From positions 1,088,001 to 1,152,000 of the forward strand of contig OY970325.1 in the NCBI GenBank assembly GCA_963717145.1: 64,000 nt of DNA, read 5' to 3'. The DNA is from an uncultured Armatimonadetes bacterium. GTDB taxonomy: Bacteria > Armatimonadota > UBA5829 > DTJY01. The notes beneath the pieces are model-generated. The model had not been told where the DNA came from. It made no database searches and saw nothing but the letters and a program-made list of their open reading frames with translations. Positions within the stretch are counted from its first letter, which is position 1; each line of letters begins with the position of its first letter. Below, piece after piece: positions 21,682-33,388 of the stretch. Both the position numbers and the translations under genes were made by a program.

Positions 21682-22865
21682 CTACTTATCATTGAGGGCC
21701 ACGACGCCGGGAAGCGCCTTACCCTCGAGGAATTCGAGCGACGCGCCGCCTCCCGTGGAGACGTGGCACATCTTGTCCGCGAAGCCCATCTGCTCGACGG
21801 CCGCAGCAGAGTCGCCGCCGCCGACGATCGTTGTGGCCTTCGACTCAGCCATCGCCTGCGCGACAGCGTACGTGCCCTTCGCGAACGGCTCCATCTCGAA
21901 GACGCCCATCGGGCCGTTCCACACGACCGTGCCGGCGTCCACGATATACTTGCGGAACTTTTCGATCGTCTCGGGGCCGATGTCGAGCCCCATCCAGTCG
22001 CCTGGAATACCGCACGACGGAACGAACTCCGTCTCAGCATCGGGCGACAACTCCGTGGCGACCAGAACGTCCTCGGGCAGCTCGAACTTGATGCCCTTGG
22101 TCTTTGCCTTCTGCATCAGTTCCTTGGTCAGTTCGAGATTACTCTCGTCGAGGAGCGACTTCCCGATCTCGCATCCGAGCGCCTTGAGGAAGGTGTAGGC
22201 CATTCCGCCGCCGATCAGCAGGACGTCGACTTTGTCGATCAGATTGTCGATCACCGGAATCTTGTCCTTCACCTTCGCGCCGCCCAGGATCGCGACGAAG
22301 GGCCGCTCCGGATTGGTGACCGCCTTGCCGAGGTAGTCGATCTCTTTCTGCATCAGGAAACCGGCAACCGCAACGGGGAGCAGGTGGGCGACGCCCTCAG
22401 TGGACGCATGAGCCCTGTGCGCGGTGCCGAACGCGTCGTTGACGTAGATGTCGGCAAGTGACGCGAGCTTCCTGGCGAAGTCCGGGTCGTTCGTCTCCTC
22501 CTCCTTGTAGAATCTGATGTTCTCGAGGAGTATCACATCTCCGGGCTGCACCTGATTGACGGCGGCTTCGACATCCGGCCCAATCGAATCGTCCAGCTTC
22601 TTGACCGGCTTGCCGAGGAGTTCCGACAGCCGCTTGGCGACCGGATCGAGCCTGAGTTCTCGCTCGGACCCTTGGGCCGGCCCAGGTGGGAAGTCAGGAT
22701 GACCTTGGCGCCGTGATCGATCAGGTACTGGATCGTGGGCAGGGCCGCCTTGATGCGGGTATCGTCGGTGATGCTGCGGTTCTCATCGAGGGGTACGTTG
22801 AAGTCGACGCGCACGAGTACGCGCTTGCCTTTGACATCGATGTCGGTGACGCTCTTCTTTTGCAT
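21682..22865 (-). CDS. pgk: Phosphoglycerate kinase with a 1-nt frameshift near 22640 (probable sequence error)
   Basis: N-part [16 protein letters not shown]; the other frame resumes [15 protein letters not shown]...LLENIRF...STGGGASLE. Confidence 0.93.
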
Positions 22866-22944
22866 AGGTATAATCCCCTTTCGACGGACTGAAGGGCCAG
22901 AGATCCCACAAGTGCAGTCTCCCTGGCCCTCATTTCACGGTGAT

Positions 22945-23070
22945 CCGTAGGGGCGGGCTTCCACGCCCGCCCGATTCCGTAGGGGCGGGCTTCCACGCCC
23001 GCCCGATTCCGTAGGGGCCGCGCCTCCGTGCCGGCCAGCTCAGGGAGGCCGTTGAAGGCCTCCCCTACGG
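22945..23070. repeat. Cluster of four GTAG-REP units (BIME-like)
   Basis: CCGTAGGGGCGGGCTTCCACGCCCGCCC twice in tandem, a variant unit, then an inverted unit ending CCCCTACGG. Confidence 0.85.
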
Positions 23071-23078
23071 AAGAGCGA

Positions 23079-24188
<1,110 letters not shown>

Positions 24189-24254
24189 GTATCTGCGGGT
24201 ATGAAGCCAAACGTTATTGTATCGGCAGGCCTGCTTGCGTGTCAAGGGGCGGTA

Positions 24255-25577
24255 TCAGGGGAAGAATGATTTCTCGGACACCAAGCGTAATATCGCCTGC
24301 GCCAACTTCTGCGGGTCGTGACGTACCACGTCCGTCTGGCTGATGAAGTTCCCCGTGATCGGCTTATACCCCATTTCGCGAATGACATCCACATCCGGGG
24401 AGACAAGCTGCGCGTGTTTGGCCTGGTATTTTTCGAGGAGGCGAAGTGACGGCACTTCGCGGTTGACGAGGACGTAATCGAAGATGCGTCGACCGGCATG
24501 ACGAACGACCGATTTGACGTGATCCGACGCCATGAAGTCGTCGGTCTCACCGGGCTGGGTCATGACGTTGCACACATAGACTTTGACCGCCTTGGATGAC
24601 GCAATGGCATCAGAGATCCCGCGCACCAGCAGGTTCGGAACGACGCTTGTGTAGACGCTTCCCGGGCCGATCACGATCGCATGGGCGAGGCGGATTGCCT
24701 CCAGCGATTCCTCCAGCGGTCGCACGTCCTCCGGAACGAGCGAAATCTGCCTGATCCCCTTCCCTGCCCCGACTATTTCAGACTCCCCGTAGAGAACTGA
24801 GCCATCGTTCATCTCGGCGCGGAGGCTGATGTTCTGGAGCGTGGACGGGAGCACAGTTCCGCGGATGGCGAGAACCTTGCTGGTCTCCTTCACGGCCCTC
24901 TCGAAGTCGCCGGTGATGTCGGTCATCGCGGCGATCAGGAGATTCCCGAACGAGTGGCCGCTGAAGCAGTTGTCCTCCGTCTCGAAGCGGTATTGGAACA
25001 ACTCGGAGAGCAGAGGTTCTGCATCTGCCAAGGCCACAAGGCAGTTGCGGATGTCACCCGGCGGGAGCATGCCCATCTGAGTCTTGAGAGTGCCGCTGCT
25101 CCCTCCGTCATCGCTGACCGTGACGATGGCTACGATGTTGCTCGTGTGCTCCTTCAGGCCTCTGATCATGGTCGAGAGGCCGGTCCCTCCTCCGATAATC
25201 ACGATCCTGTGCCCTTGAGCGAGGTAACGCCGTTTGTAGATGACGTCGGCCAGGTGCTCCTTATCCTCTGGGCTGATGACGCTGGCGATCGATCCGATGA
25301 CCTGCCGGAAGCTGATGAAGATGAGGACGAGACCTATCCCGATCGCGACGATAGACATCGGCACGTGGACATTCGGCTCAGTCAGATTCAGCCCCGTGCG
25401 CCTGAACAACTCCCGCGCGCCGATGTCCAGGTAGTCCACGACCTGCATGTTGGTCAGGAGGATCACGCCGACCACGACGAAGAAGAGCCCGATCGGCGTA
25501 AGGAGCAGCCATCTCTTGACCCTCATGCCGGGATACAGCCACTTCAGCAGACTCTTGAGGCGCCTGGTAGTTGCCAT
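24255..25577 (-). CDS. yvcK: YvcK/GlmR family with N-terminal TM helices
   Basis: IGGGTGLS, VSDDGGSSG, PPGDIRNCL, GHSFGNL, GPGSVYTS, NVMTQPGET, RHDP. Confidence 0.92.
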   Translation of the reverse strand: MATTRRLKSLLKWLYPGMRVKRWLLLTPIGLFFVVVGVILLTNMQVVDYLDIGARELFRRTGLNLTEPNVHVPMSIVAIGIGLVLIFISFRQVIGSIASVISPEDKEHLADVIYKRRYLAQGHRIVIIGGGTGLSTMIRGLKEHTSNIVAIVTVSDDGGSSGTLKTQMGMLPPGDIRNCLVALADAEPLLSELFQYRFETEDNCFSGHSFGNLLIAAMTDITGDFERAVKETSKVLAIRGTVLPSTLQNISLRAEMNDGSVLYGESEIVGAGKGIRQISLVPEDVRPLEESLEAIRLAHAIVIGPGSVYTSVVPNLLVRGISDAIASSKAVKVYVCNVMTQPGETDDFMASDHVKSVVRHAGRRIFDYVLVNREVPSLRLLEKYQAKHAQLVSPDVDVIREMGYKPITGNFISQTDVVRHDPQKLAQAILRLVSEKSFFP

Positions 25578-25578
25578 A

Positions 25579-26442
25579 CTACGTCTTCCCGACATCCCTG
25601 TGCTCGACGATCGTGCGATAGCCTTTCGACTTCAGGAATACCGCCAGTTCGTTCGCGATGGTGACGGAGCGGTGACGCCCGCCGGTGCAACCGATCGCGA
25701 TGTTCAGGTACGCCTTGCCCTCGGTCTCGTACTGCGGGAGAGAGAACCCTATGAGATCGAGCAGTTTGTCCATGAACTCCCCGGTGCGTTTGTCGCTCAT
25801 GACGTATTCCTGGACCGGCTGGTCGCGCCCATCATAGAGCTTCAACTCCGGCACGTAGTGGGGATTGATCAAGAAGCGCACATCGAACACCAGGTCGGCG
25901 TCCAGGGGCACTCCCCATTTGAACCCGAAGGAGGTGACGGTGATGATCATGCCGGTATTGATGGCGTCGGTACCGAAGTAGCTGACGATATCGGACTTGA
26001 GGCGGCTTGGTTCGATGTCGGACGTGTCGATGATCTTGTCGGCCAGTTCCTTCAGATCCACGAGCTTCTGTCGCTCGGTCGAGATACTCTCGAGGATACC
26101 GTGGTTCTGATCGAAGAGTGGATGCCGGCGTCGAGTCTCCTTGAAGCGCTGAACGAGCACCTCGTCCGTGGCGTCCAGGAAGAGTATCCGCGCCTGCTTG
26201 TAGCCATTCGAGAGCGTGGAGAACGTGCGGACAAGCTCGTCGAGCGGCTGGCCCGAACGTACATCGACGACCACGGCGATATTCTCCGCGGGGCACGTCT
26301 CCAGGTCCTGGCACAACTCCCGAAGATTCGGCAGCAGGCTCGGAGGCAGGTTATCCACGCAGAAATAACCCATGTCCTCGAACGCTCTGATTGCCAGAGT
26401 CTTCCCGGCCCCGGACATTCCTGTTACGATGACCAGATTCAT
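25579..26442 (-). CDS. rapZ: RNase adapter RapZ/YvcJ
   Basis: TGMSGAGKT, CVDNLP, ETRRRHPL, SFGFK, DVRFL, IGCTGGRHRS. Confidence 0.95.
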   Translation of the reverse strand: MNLVIVTGMSGAGKTLAIRAFEDMGYFCVDNLPPSLLPNLRELCQDLETCPAENIAVVVDVRSGQPLDELVRTFSTLSNGYKQARILFLDATDEVLVQRFKETRRRHPLFDQNHGILESISTERQKLVDLKELADKIIDTSDIEPSRLKSDIVSYFGTDAINTGMIITVTSFGFKWGVPLDADLVFDVRFLINPHYVPELKLYDGRDQPVQEYVMSDKRTGEFMDKLLDLIGFSLPQYETEGKAYLNIAIGCTGGRHRSVTIANELAVFLKSKGYRTIVEHRDVGKT

Positions 26443-26535
26443 ATTCTACAACCAAACTCGAAATTCGAAGCACGAAATTCGAAATCAGGTGTTCTGGAGT
26501 TGAACTCCGGAACACCGCATTTCAACCCTCGTGCT

Positions 26536-26901
26536 TTACTTCTCTTTCGGTGCAATCAGATGGTTTGCCAGACCCGAGATGATGCCCATCACGATGGAGC
26601 CGAATATCGCCGCCAGAAACCCGTGTACCTCGAAGCCGGGTATCCCAATCGCGCCGACCAGCCAAAACATCAGAGCATTGATCAGAAATGTGAACAGCCC
26701 GAGTGTGAGGCAGTTCAGCGGGAGCGTGAATAGCAGAATCAGCGGTCGGATGAATGCGTTCACGATCGCCAGAGCGGCCACCGCGAGCAGTGCCCCCGGC
26801 GCGCCCTCAACAACGATTCCCAACTTCAGCGCATTCCCCAGCAGTGCGGTGAGGTAGAGCGCGATCGCACTGACAACCCACCGGATCAGGATACCTTTCA
26901 T
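26536..26901 (-). CDS. YvlD/DUF360 (phage holin family 4) membrane protein
   Basis: NAFIRPLILLFTLPLNCLTLGLF; four TM segments. Confidence 0.88.
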   Translation of the reverse strand: MKGILIRWVVSAIALYLTALLGNALKLGIVVEGAPGALLAVAALAIVNAFIRPLILLFTLPLNCLTLGLFTFLINALMFWLVGAIGIPGFEVHGFLAAIFGSIVMGIISGLANHLIAPKEK

Positions 26902-26985
26902 GTCCACTCCTTCGGGAATGGGAGATGGTTGATGGTTCATGGTTGATGAGGAGCCGGTCCGCCACTAACCATGAACCATCAGCCA

Positions 26986-27510
26986 TCAACCATTCCCCTT
27001 CCTCCGCTCCATCTCGAGCAATCTCACTTTCCAGTGGAGGCCGCAACTGAAACCTCCGAGGCTGCCATCGGACCGGACCACACGGTGGCACGGGACGAGT
27101 ATCGGCACGGGATTCGAGCCCATCGCCTGTCCAACCGCCCGTGGACCGGCAGAACACCCGATCTGGTCGGCGATCCAGCCGTAGGACCGCGTCTCGCCAT
27201 AGGGAATCTCTCGCGCCTTCGCCCACACTCTGCGCCGGAAATCCGTATGGTCGGAAAGCTCCAGCTCGCAGGCAAAATCGACGCCATGACCGCAGAAATA
27301 GGCGGCAATCAGCGCGGCCTCGCCGGAGAAATCATCCAATGATTCGACAGCCTGGTCACCCGTTCCTGCCTTTACGGCGGACACGGCTTCTTCGCGAGTC
27401 GCCTTGGGGAGTTGGAGGTCGGATATCAGGGCGTCGCGTCCGGCGATCCCGACCCAACCCATATCGGTTTCGAATACGAAGTAGACTTTCTGCATTTCTG
27501 ATCGGCTCAT
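26986..27510 (-). CDS. ogt: Methylated-DNA-protein-cysteine S-methyltransferase
   Basis: IPYGETRSY, RAVGQAMGSNP, VPCHRVV active site. Confidence 0.92.
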   Translation of the reverse strand: MSRSEMQKVYFVFETDMGWVGIAGRDALISDLQLPKATREEAVSAVKAGTGDQAVESLDDFSGEAALIAAYFCGHGVDFACELELSDHTDFRRRVWAKAREIPYGETRSYGWIADQIGCSAGPRAVGQAMGSNPVPILVPCHRVVRSDGSLGGFSCGLHWKVRLLEMERRKGNG

Positions 27511-27660
27511 TATACCACGGAGGGGGTGAGTGGTGCATTTGACCGACCGTGCCGAATGCCGACATCCCCTTTCCGCGTATCCTTGCCAGTTCCCAGATTC
27601 TGTGATACTGTTGCTACAGGGATGTAGACGTCTCATCGGCGTCGTATAGGAGGCACGCAC

Positions 27661-27706
27661 TTGCCAGAGATGACCTTCGTTGCGCCGTACACCTACGACG
27701 CGCTAG
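27661..27706 (+). pseudogene. 5' stub of a gene cut by IS1182
   Basis: AGGAGG-7 nt-TTG; MPEMTFVAPYTYDAL then the IS begins after CTAG. Confidence 0.5.
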
Positions 27707-29294
27707 CAGCCTGTCCATGAAATAACCTCTGGCGCAAGGTGCCAGGTATGTAGTAAAATACGGGTATGAGCAAGCCATACCTTCCTTATCAACCTGACCA
27801 GATATTGCTGTTGCCGCCCTTGATGTCGGAGTGGCTGCCCGAGGGACATCTCGCATACTTTGTGAGCGATGTCGTAGACAGTCTCGACCTTTCCGCGATA
27901 TACGCCTCATACGAGAAAGAGGCCCGAGGAGCGCCGCCGTTCCATCCGGCAATGCTTACAAAGATCATATTCTACGGTTTGTGCCGGGGAGTGTATTCAT
28001 CTCGAAAGCTCTCCCTGGCCACGTATGAAGATGTAGCCTTCCGGGTGCTTGCGGCAGGAAATCATCCCGACTTCCGCACGATAAGCGAGTTCAGGAAGAG
28101 GCATCTCAAGTCCCTTGCGGACCTGTTTGTGCAAGTGCTCAGGCTATGCGCAAGCGCCGGGCTTGTGTCGATGAAACACATAGCCATAGACGGAACAAAG
28201 CTGCTTGCCAACGCAAGCAAGCACTCCGCCATGAGCTACTCTCGGATGGTCGAGAAAGAAAAAGAGCTTCAGGCTGAGATCGAGGCGCTCCTTGCGAAGG
28301 GTCTTTCTGTGGACGACCAGGAAGACGCGGAATATGGTCTTGACCGCCGAGGAGACGAACTCCCGGAGGAACTCGCAACCAGAGAGAAGCGGCTCGCCAA
28401 GATCAGGGAAGCAAAAGAAGCGCTGGAGCGCGAGGCCAAAGAGCGAGCATCAGCCGAAGAAGCGATGCGAGCCCAAGAGAAGGCGGAGCAGGAAGCATCC
28501 GGGAAGAAGCCTCGCGGCAGAGAGCCGGGGCCCGTAAAGACAGAGCCGGAAGGGAAGGCACAGCGGAACTTCACAGACCCGGAAAGCCGGATAATGAAGG
28601 ACGCAAAGAAAGCCTTCGTGCAGGCATACAACGGACAAGCTGCGGTAGACGCAGATCATCAGATTGTAGTGGCGTGTGATCTCACGAACCAGGCAGCGGA
28701 CTCACCGCATCTTAGTGACATGATCGAGGCAATCAAGGAGAACACCGGAAAGAAACCGGAAGAAGTATCCGCCGATGCCGGATACTTCAGCAGCGACAAC
28801 ATAGAGATGGTCGAGCAGCAAGGGATCGACGCTTATATACCGCCTGACAGACAACGTCATGGCAAAGAGCCGACGGCGCCTTCCTGCCTTGATCCGGCAA
28901 AGCAATCCGCCGCAGATCGCCAGAGAGCAAAGCTCTTGACTCCTCTTGGCCGAAAGATCTACGGGAGGCGGAAGGAGACGGTAGAGCCGGTGTTCGGCCA
29001 GATCAAGAGCGCACGGAACTTCCGAGGCTTCCTACTCCGAGGCCTTGCGAAAGCGAAGTCGGAGTGGACGCTTGCGTGTCTTGGGCACAACATGCTGAAG
29101 CTATACCGATACGGCGACCGGAAATCGATCTTCGATACGTAGATATATGACCTGGATCAGGCTGATTATCAAGGTACAAGGGGTCTTTACAGACCCTCGC
29201 CGGAAATCCGGCGAAAAACACTATCGAACAGCAGCCAGCGCGACCCCGCAGATGGGAAACTCACCCACATAGCGGGGAATTCTCAGACAGGCTG
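27707..29294 (+). mobile_element. IS1182-family insertion sequence
   Basis: Terminal IRs CAGCCTGTCCATGAA / (rc) CAGCCTGTCTGAGAA, each flanked by CTAG (27703-27706, 29295-29298). Confidence 0.9.
27766..29142 (+). CDS. IS1182 transposase
   Basis: WLPEGHLA, PDFRTISEFR, IDGTKLLANAS, NFTDPESRIM, ADAGY, RKETVEPVFG. Confidence 0.95.
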   Translation: MSKPYLPYQPDQILLLPPLMSEWLPEGHLAYFVSDVVDSLDLSAIYASYEKEARGAPPFHPAMLTKIIFYGLCRGVYSSRKLSLATYEDVAFRVLAAGNHPDFRTISEFRKRHLKSLADLFVQVLRLCASAGLVSMKHIAIDGTKLLANASKHSAMSYSRMVEKEKELQAEIEALLAKGLSVDDQEDAEYGLDRRGDELPEELATREKRLAKIREAKEALEREAKERASAEEAMRAQEKAEQEASGKKPRGREPGPVKTEPEGKAQRNFTDPESRIMKDAKKAFVQAYNGQAAVDADHQIVVACDLTNQAADSPHLSDMIEAIKENTGKKPEEVSADAGYFSSDNIEMVEQQGIDAYIPPDRQRHGKEPTAPSCLDPAKQSAADRQRAKLLTPLGRKIYGRRKETVEPVFGQIKSARNFRGFLLRGLAKAKSEWTLACLGHNMLKLYRYGDRKSIFDT

Positions 29295-30321
29295 CTAGTC
29301 CAAAAAGCGGTCCAATCCTCTCCGAAACACCTGGCGCATCCTTCTCATGCCGAGTTAGCCTCCGCCAGCCGTTCAGGTGTTCCTCGACACAACCATACGA
29401 ATCCTCGGTCACGTCAGAGTAATCCTTCGATTTCAGGGGTCTCCTAAACTTCAGGGCGCTCGTGTCTTTGGCGTAGAAGAGGATGGAGTCAAAGACGGAA
29501 GGAATGAACTCAGCAGTTCGATTGCTGGTAGTCCTAAACCTCAGCTCTGCTATGAAATTGGCGTCTCCGAATACCTCATCCAGCAACCCGCGCACCCGAT
29601 GCACGTTCTCATCCCCGATCTGGACGAAGATAGCCCCAGTGTCCGTTAGCAGATCCTGCGCAACCTTCAACCGATCCCGCAGGTAGGTCAGGTAGGAGTG
29701 GATGCCATCCCGCCAGGTATCACGAAAGGCCCTGACCTGTTCGGGCTCTCGGGTGATGTGATCGACCTTACCATCTTTCACGTCTCGACTCGTAGTTGAC
29801 CACTGGAAGTTGGAGTTGAACTTGATGCCATAGGGCGGGTCGATGTAGATGCACTGGACCTGGCCGCGCAGCCCTTCGCGCTCCGCCAGCGATGCCATCA
29901 CCTGGAGGCTGTCGCCCAGAATCATGCGGTTGGCCCAGTGCGCATCGTGCTGGTAGAAGTCGGTCCTCGCTCCATCGTCCGGCAGGCCGTTGAAGTCGGC
30001 GAAAAGATCGATCTGAGACTCAGCAGCTTTGGCATCTACCTTGCTGTGTCGCAGCAGGTCGTCGATCAACACCTTGGGCTGGACCTTCTCCTGTATGTAG
30101 AGCGGCGGGGCGTGAACCACCAGATCCGACCAGTCCTGCTCATCCTTCCCACGCCAGACCAGTTGCGGGTCGAGGTCCCGGTTCCGGCGCTCGTAGGCAA
30201 TGCTGACAGGGCTCTTCTCCGCCTCTTGCATGACCGACTGATGCTCAGCGGACGGGATGTTCTTCCGCGTGGCGTCAACATGCTTCAGTGTTTCAACGGT
30301 CTTGTTCGACTGCTTTGCCAT
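29295..30321 (-). pseudogene. mod: Type III R-M DNA methyltransferase (Mod), truncated by IS1182
   Basis: NRMILGDSL, YIDPPYG (motif IV), AFRDTW, QIGDEN; ORF reads into the IS at CTAG; no FxGxG SAM-binding motif in what remains. Confidence 0.85.
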
Positions 30322-30322
30322 A

Positions 30323-33300
30323 TCATGATCCTCGCATTTCCGGCTGGGCGGTCACGTCACCGATCATCTTGTTGAACTCAGCTTCGACTCGGGCCTCGAA
30401 ATCAGTCTCGATCTCGTAAACCTCCGTGAACTCGGCAGACGCCCAGCGGCCATAGGTGCCCAGGTTGTTCACACCCGGCACCCAGTAGGTGTCCATGGTG
30501 GTCTTCTTCTCTTTGGCATCCTCGCGCCGATAGCCCTTGATCTCTACGATCAGGTGCAGCAGGTCGTCCTCACCGCGACCGTCGTCCACCAGCACGATGA
30601 AGTCGGGGATGTACGTGCGCATCTCCGAGCCATAGCGGTACGGCACGTCGAGCCCTAGATTGTGATTCTTCACATAGGCCCGGACAGATGGATGCGATTC
30701 GGCCACTCGGCAGAACTCGGCCTCCCAATCGCTGTCGAGAATGACCCAGTTGATGTGGCAGCGCCGTGCGTCCGTCTCCCAGCGGCTGGTTCTCGATGTG
30801 GTGAAATTCACGTACATGGTCGAGCCGGTGGGGTTGTAGGGATCGAGCATCGCCTTGACGGGCCGTTGGCCTACAAGCGCGCGGGTGATGCCGGCGGTGA
30901 TGCGCTCGCAGGCCATATCCGCAAGCTCCTGATACATGAGCTGTGCCGGATAAGTGCCGCCTTTGCAGACCAGGCAGGTGTCGAGCCATTGCTTTGTGAT
31001 CCGCTTGAGTTGGCCAAACAGGTGCAACTTGGGCTCTTCGCCGGGATCGCGCCACTTGGTGTAGAGCAGACGCTGTGTGATATGGAACAGCAGCGTTGAA
31101 CGGCGCATATCGCCAGTATGGACGAGATTGAGATCGACGCCCTCGCCGATGATCCCCTGGTTCTTGGTGATCGAGGGGCCGACAAGGTCCGGGGTCAACT
31201 CCATCACCGAGTCCTCGTTGAACTCGGCGGTCAGCCGCTCCTCCGGCAGTTCGACTCTGTAGCCTGCCACGCGCGGGAACTGGATCTCAAGAGCAGCGCG
31301 GTCCGGGCGGACGGCCCTCACCTGGATGGTCTCGCGTGGCGGCTGAGGCGGGGCCACTACCGGCTTGGCGGTGAAGTCGAACGGAATCCCCAGGACATCG
31401 GCATACTCGACGTTGAAGAGGTTATCCTCGTTCAGATCGTAGGACTGCCGGCGCAACGCGCGGCCGATCACCTGCTCGCACAGCAGTTGGGTGCCGAAAG
31501 CGCGGACGCCGAGCACATGGGTGACCGTATTCGCATCCCAGCCCTCAGTGAGCATGGATACCGACACTACGCAGCGGATGGAGTCGCCGAGCCGGCCTGC
31601 CTTCCCGACGGTGTTCATTACCTCTCGGAGCAAGTCCTGGTCGGTGATGTTGTCGGCCTGGTTGCGATCGCCGGTGCGCTCCATGATCTCTCGCCGGAAG
31701 CGGTCGATCTCGTCGGATGCCATCGACCGGAAGCTATCGTCGAGCGCCTCACCGGATTCAAGCTGTACGCTGTCGATCAGTAGCGTACGAGGGCGACCGA
31801 GCGGATTGCCGTGCTCGTCGAAGTTGCGGAACAAGGCCAGCCGGCCATTCTCCAGAGTGCTTGAACCGTCTTCGTTCTCTCGCTGGAAACCTGAGATGTA
31901 GTCGTAGACCAGCTTGGACGTGGCGGTATTGTTGCAGACGACGATGAAACAGGGCGGCACTGTAATGCCGGCCTTCCCCCAAAGGTCGTAGGTCTTGACG
32001 AAGTGCCCGTAGAGGGCTTCCAGCGCGGTCTGGAGTTCCACAGGGATGCTCAATGGGTCGAGGGTGCTGGTTTTGCCCCTGCGCTTCTTTGGCATCCGGC
32101 TTCGGATGTGTTCCCAGAGGTTGCGGAACACCGGAACCTCCTCGCCTGGAATGTTGTCCGCCACTGGCACCCGTGGCAGCTTGACGATCCCGCATTCGAT
32201 GGCGTCCATCAGCGAGAAGTCGCTCATCGTCCAGGGGAACAGGGTACCCTCAGCATAGCCCGAACCGCGCAGGAAGAATGGTGTCGCCGACAAGTCTATC
32301 AGGTGTGTAAGCCCGAGCTTGCGGTTGACTATCTCCAGGCCGGATATCCAGAGACGCGCAGCCTCGTTGTTCTTCTCGGCTTCTTTCTTATCGTCACTGG
32401 TCAGGTCTTCCTCATCATCACGGCCCGGCTTCTCGCGGTAGCAGTGGTGCGCCTCATCGTTGATGACCAGGATATTCTTCATGCCCATCAGACCGGGCAT
32501 CACGCGCTGGAGCATCTGACCCTCGGTCTCAAGCGTGTTGAGCGCCTCACCACGGCCCTGGAGCAGGGATCGGCCACCTTTGGATAGCTCCATCCTCTCC
32601 TTGAGCTTGAATGCGTGGTAGTTGGTGATGACGATCTTGGCCCGTTCGAGGTCGGCGAGCATGTCGTTGGGGACGAGTTCGCGGCTCTGGTAGTAGCTGT
32701 CCGGATCGTTCGGCTGGAGCACACGAAGACGATCCCTGATGGTTATGCCGGGCGTGACCACGAGGAATCCTCGTGTGAACTTCTTGCTGTTCGGGCGGCG
32801 CACAGCATTGACGGTCTGCCAGGCGATCAGCATGGCCATAACGGTCGTCTTGCCCGCGCCGGTGGCGAGCTTCAATGCCATTCGCAGCAATTCGGGGTTC
32901 GCGTCGGCGTTGGCATTGACCAGATGCTCCAGGAAGTCCCTGCCGGCCTTCTCGTTCGGTGCGACCTCAGTCAACCAGATTGCGGTTTCTGCGGCTTCCA
33001 CCTGACAGAAAAACGGTCGGAAACTGCTGAACTTGTGATGCCGCCAGTGTTGGAGCAGCCGCGCTGTCTCAGGGGTAACCTTCCAGTCGCTGGGGTTTGG
33101 TATGTTGCGCCACTTGTCCACATGGCTGCGGAGAGCATTGATCACCGAGGTGGGATCGTACTGCTGCTCTGCCGTCGTCAGCCCTTTACCTTCATCGAAG
33201 AGCAACGATGTCTGTTCCGCCGCCGCTTTGCGCTTCCTCGGCTTCGGGATCGGCGTGATGAACTCCGCACGCCGCCGGCTCTCGATGATCTGCTGTGTAG

Positions 33301-33388
33301 GCTGGCCCTGCTCATCGAGTTCCCAGTGACGCGTCGGGTACTCGTACGGAGAGTTCAGGATGGGCTTCTCGAAGAATAGGTTTCCCAC
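30323..33388 (-). CDS. res: Type III restriction endonuclease Res subunit (SF2 helicase + PD-(D/E)xK nuclease)
   Basis: LATGAGKT, INDEAHH, SATP, MLTEGWD, EQVIGRALRR, YIPDF...EIKG; adjacent to mod. Confidence 0.9.
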   Translation of the reverse strand: MGNLFFEKPILNSPYEYPTRHWELDEQGQPTQQIIESRRRAEFITPIPKPRKRKAAAEQTSLLFDEGKGLTTAEQQYDPTSVINALRSHVDKWRNIPNPSDWKVTPETARLLQHWRHHKFSSFRPFFCQVEAAETAIWLTEVAPNEKAGRDFLEHLVNANADANPELLRMALKLATGAGKTTVMAMLIAWQTVNAVRRPNSKKFTRGFLVVTPGITIRDRLRVLQPNDPDSYYQSRELVPNDMLADLERAKIVITNYHAFKLKERMELSKGGRSLLQGRGEALNTLETEGQMLQRVMPGLMGMKNILVINDEAHHCYREKPGRDDEEDLTSDDKKEAEKNNEAARLWISGLEIVNRKLGLTHLIDLSATPFFLRGSGYAEGTLFPWTMSDFSLMDAIECGIVKLPRVPVADNIPGEEVPVFRNLWEHIRSRMPKKRRGKTSTLDPLSIPVELQTALEALYGHFVKTYDLWGKAGITVPPCFIVVCNNTATSKLVYDYISGFQRENEDGSSTLENGRLALFRNFDEHGNPLGRPRTLLIDSVQLESGEALDDSFRSMASDEIDRFRREIMERTGDRNQADNITDQDLLREVMNTVGKAGRLGDSIRCVVSVSMLTEGWDANTVTHVLGVRAFGTQLLCEQVIGRALRRQSYDLNEDNLFNVEYADVLGIPFDFTAKPVVAPPQPPRETIQVRAVRPDRAALEIQFPRVAGYRVELPEERLTAEFNEDSVMELTPDLVGPSITKNQGIIGEGVDLNLVHTGDMRRSTLLFHITQRLLYTKWRDPGEEPKLHLFGQLKRITKQWLDTCLVCKGGTYPAQLMYQELADMACERITAGITRALVGQRPVKAMLDPYNPTGSTMYVNFTTSRTSRWETDARRCHINWVILDSDWEAEFCRVAESHPSVRAYVKNHNLGLDVPYRYGSEMRTYIPDFIVLVDDGRGEDDLLHLIVEIKGYRREDAKEKKTTMDTYWVPGVNNLGTYGRWASAEFTEVYEIETDFEARVEAEFNKMIGDVTAQPEMRGS

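Noticed and set aside
21682-22865. pgk as a true pseudogene or programmed frameshift
   Set aside because: Core glycolytic gene in an intact gap-pgk-tpi operon, single indel, no slippery sequence.
26536-26901. Holin as evidence of a prophage
   Set aside because: YvlD/DUF360 is a common chromosomal gene near rapZ-yvcK; no phage genes nearby.
29221-29294. C-terminal tail of the Mod ORF in the track
   Set aside because: Read-through into the IS1182 right end, not Mod sequence.
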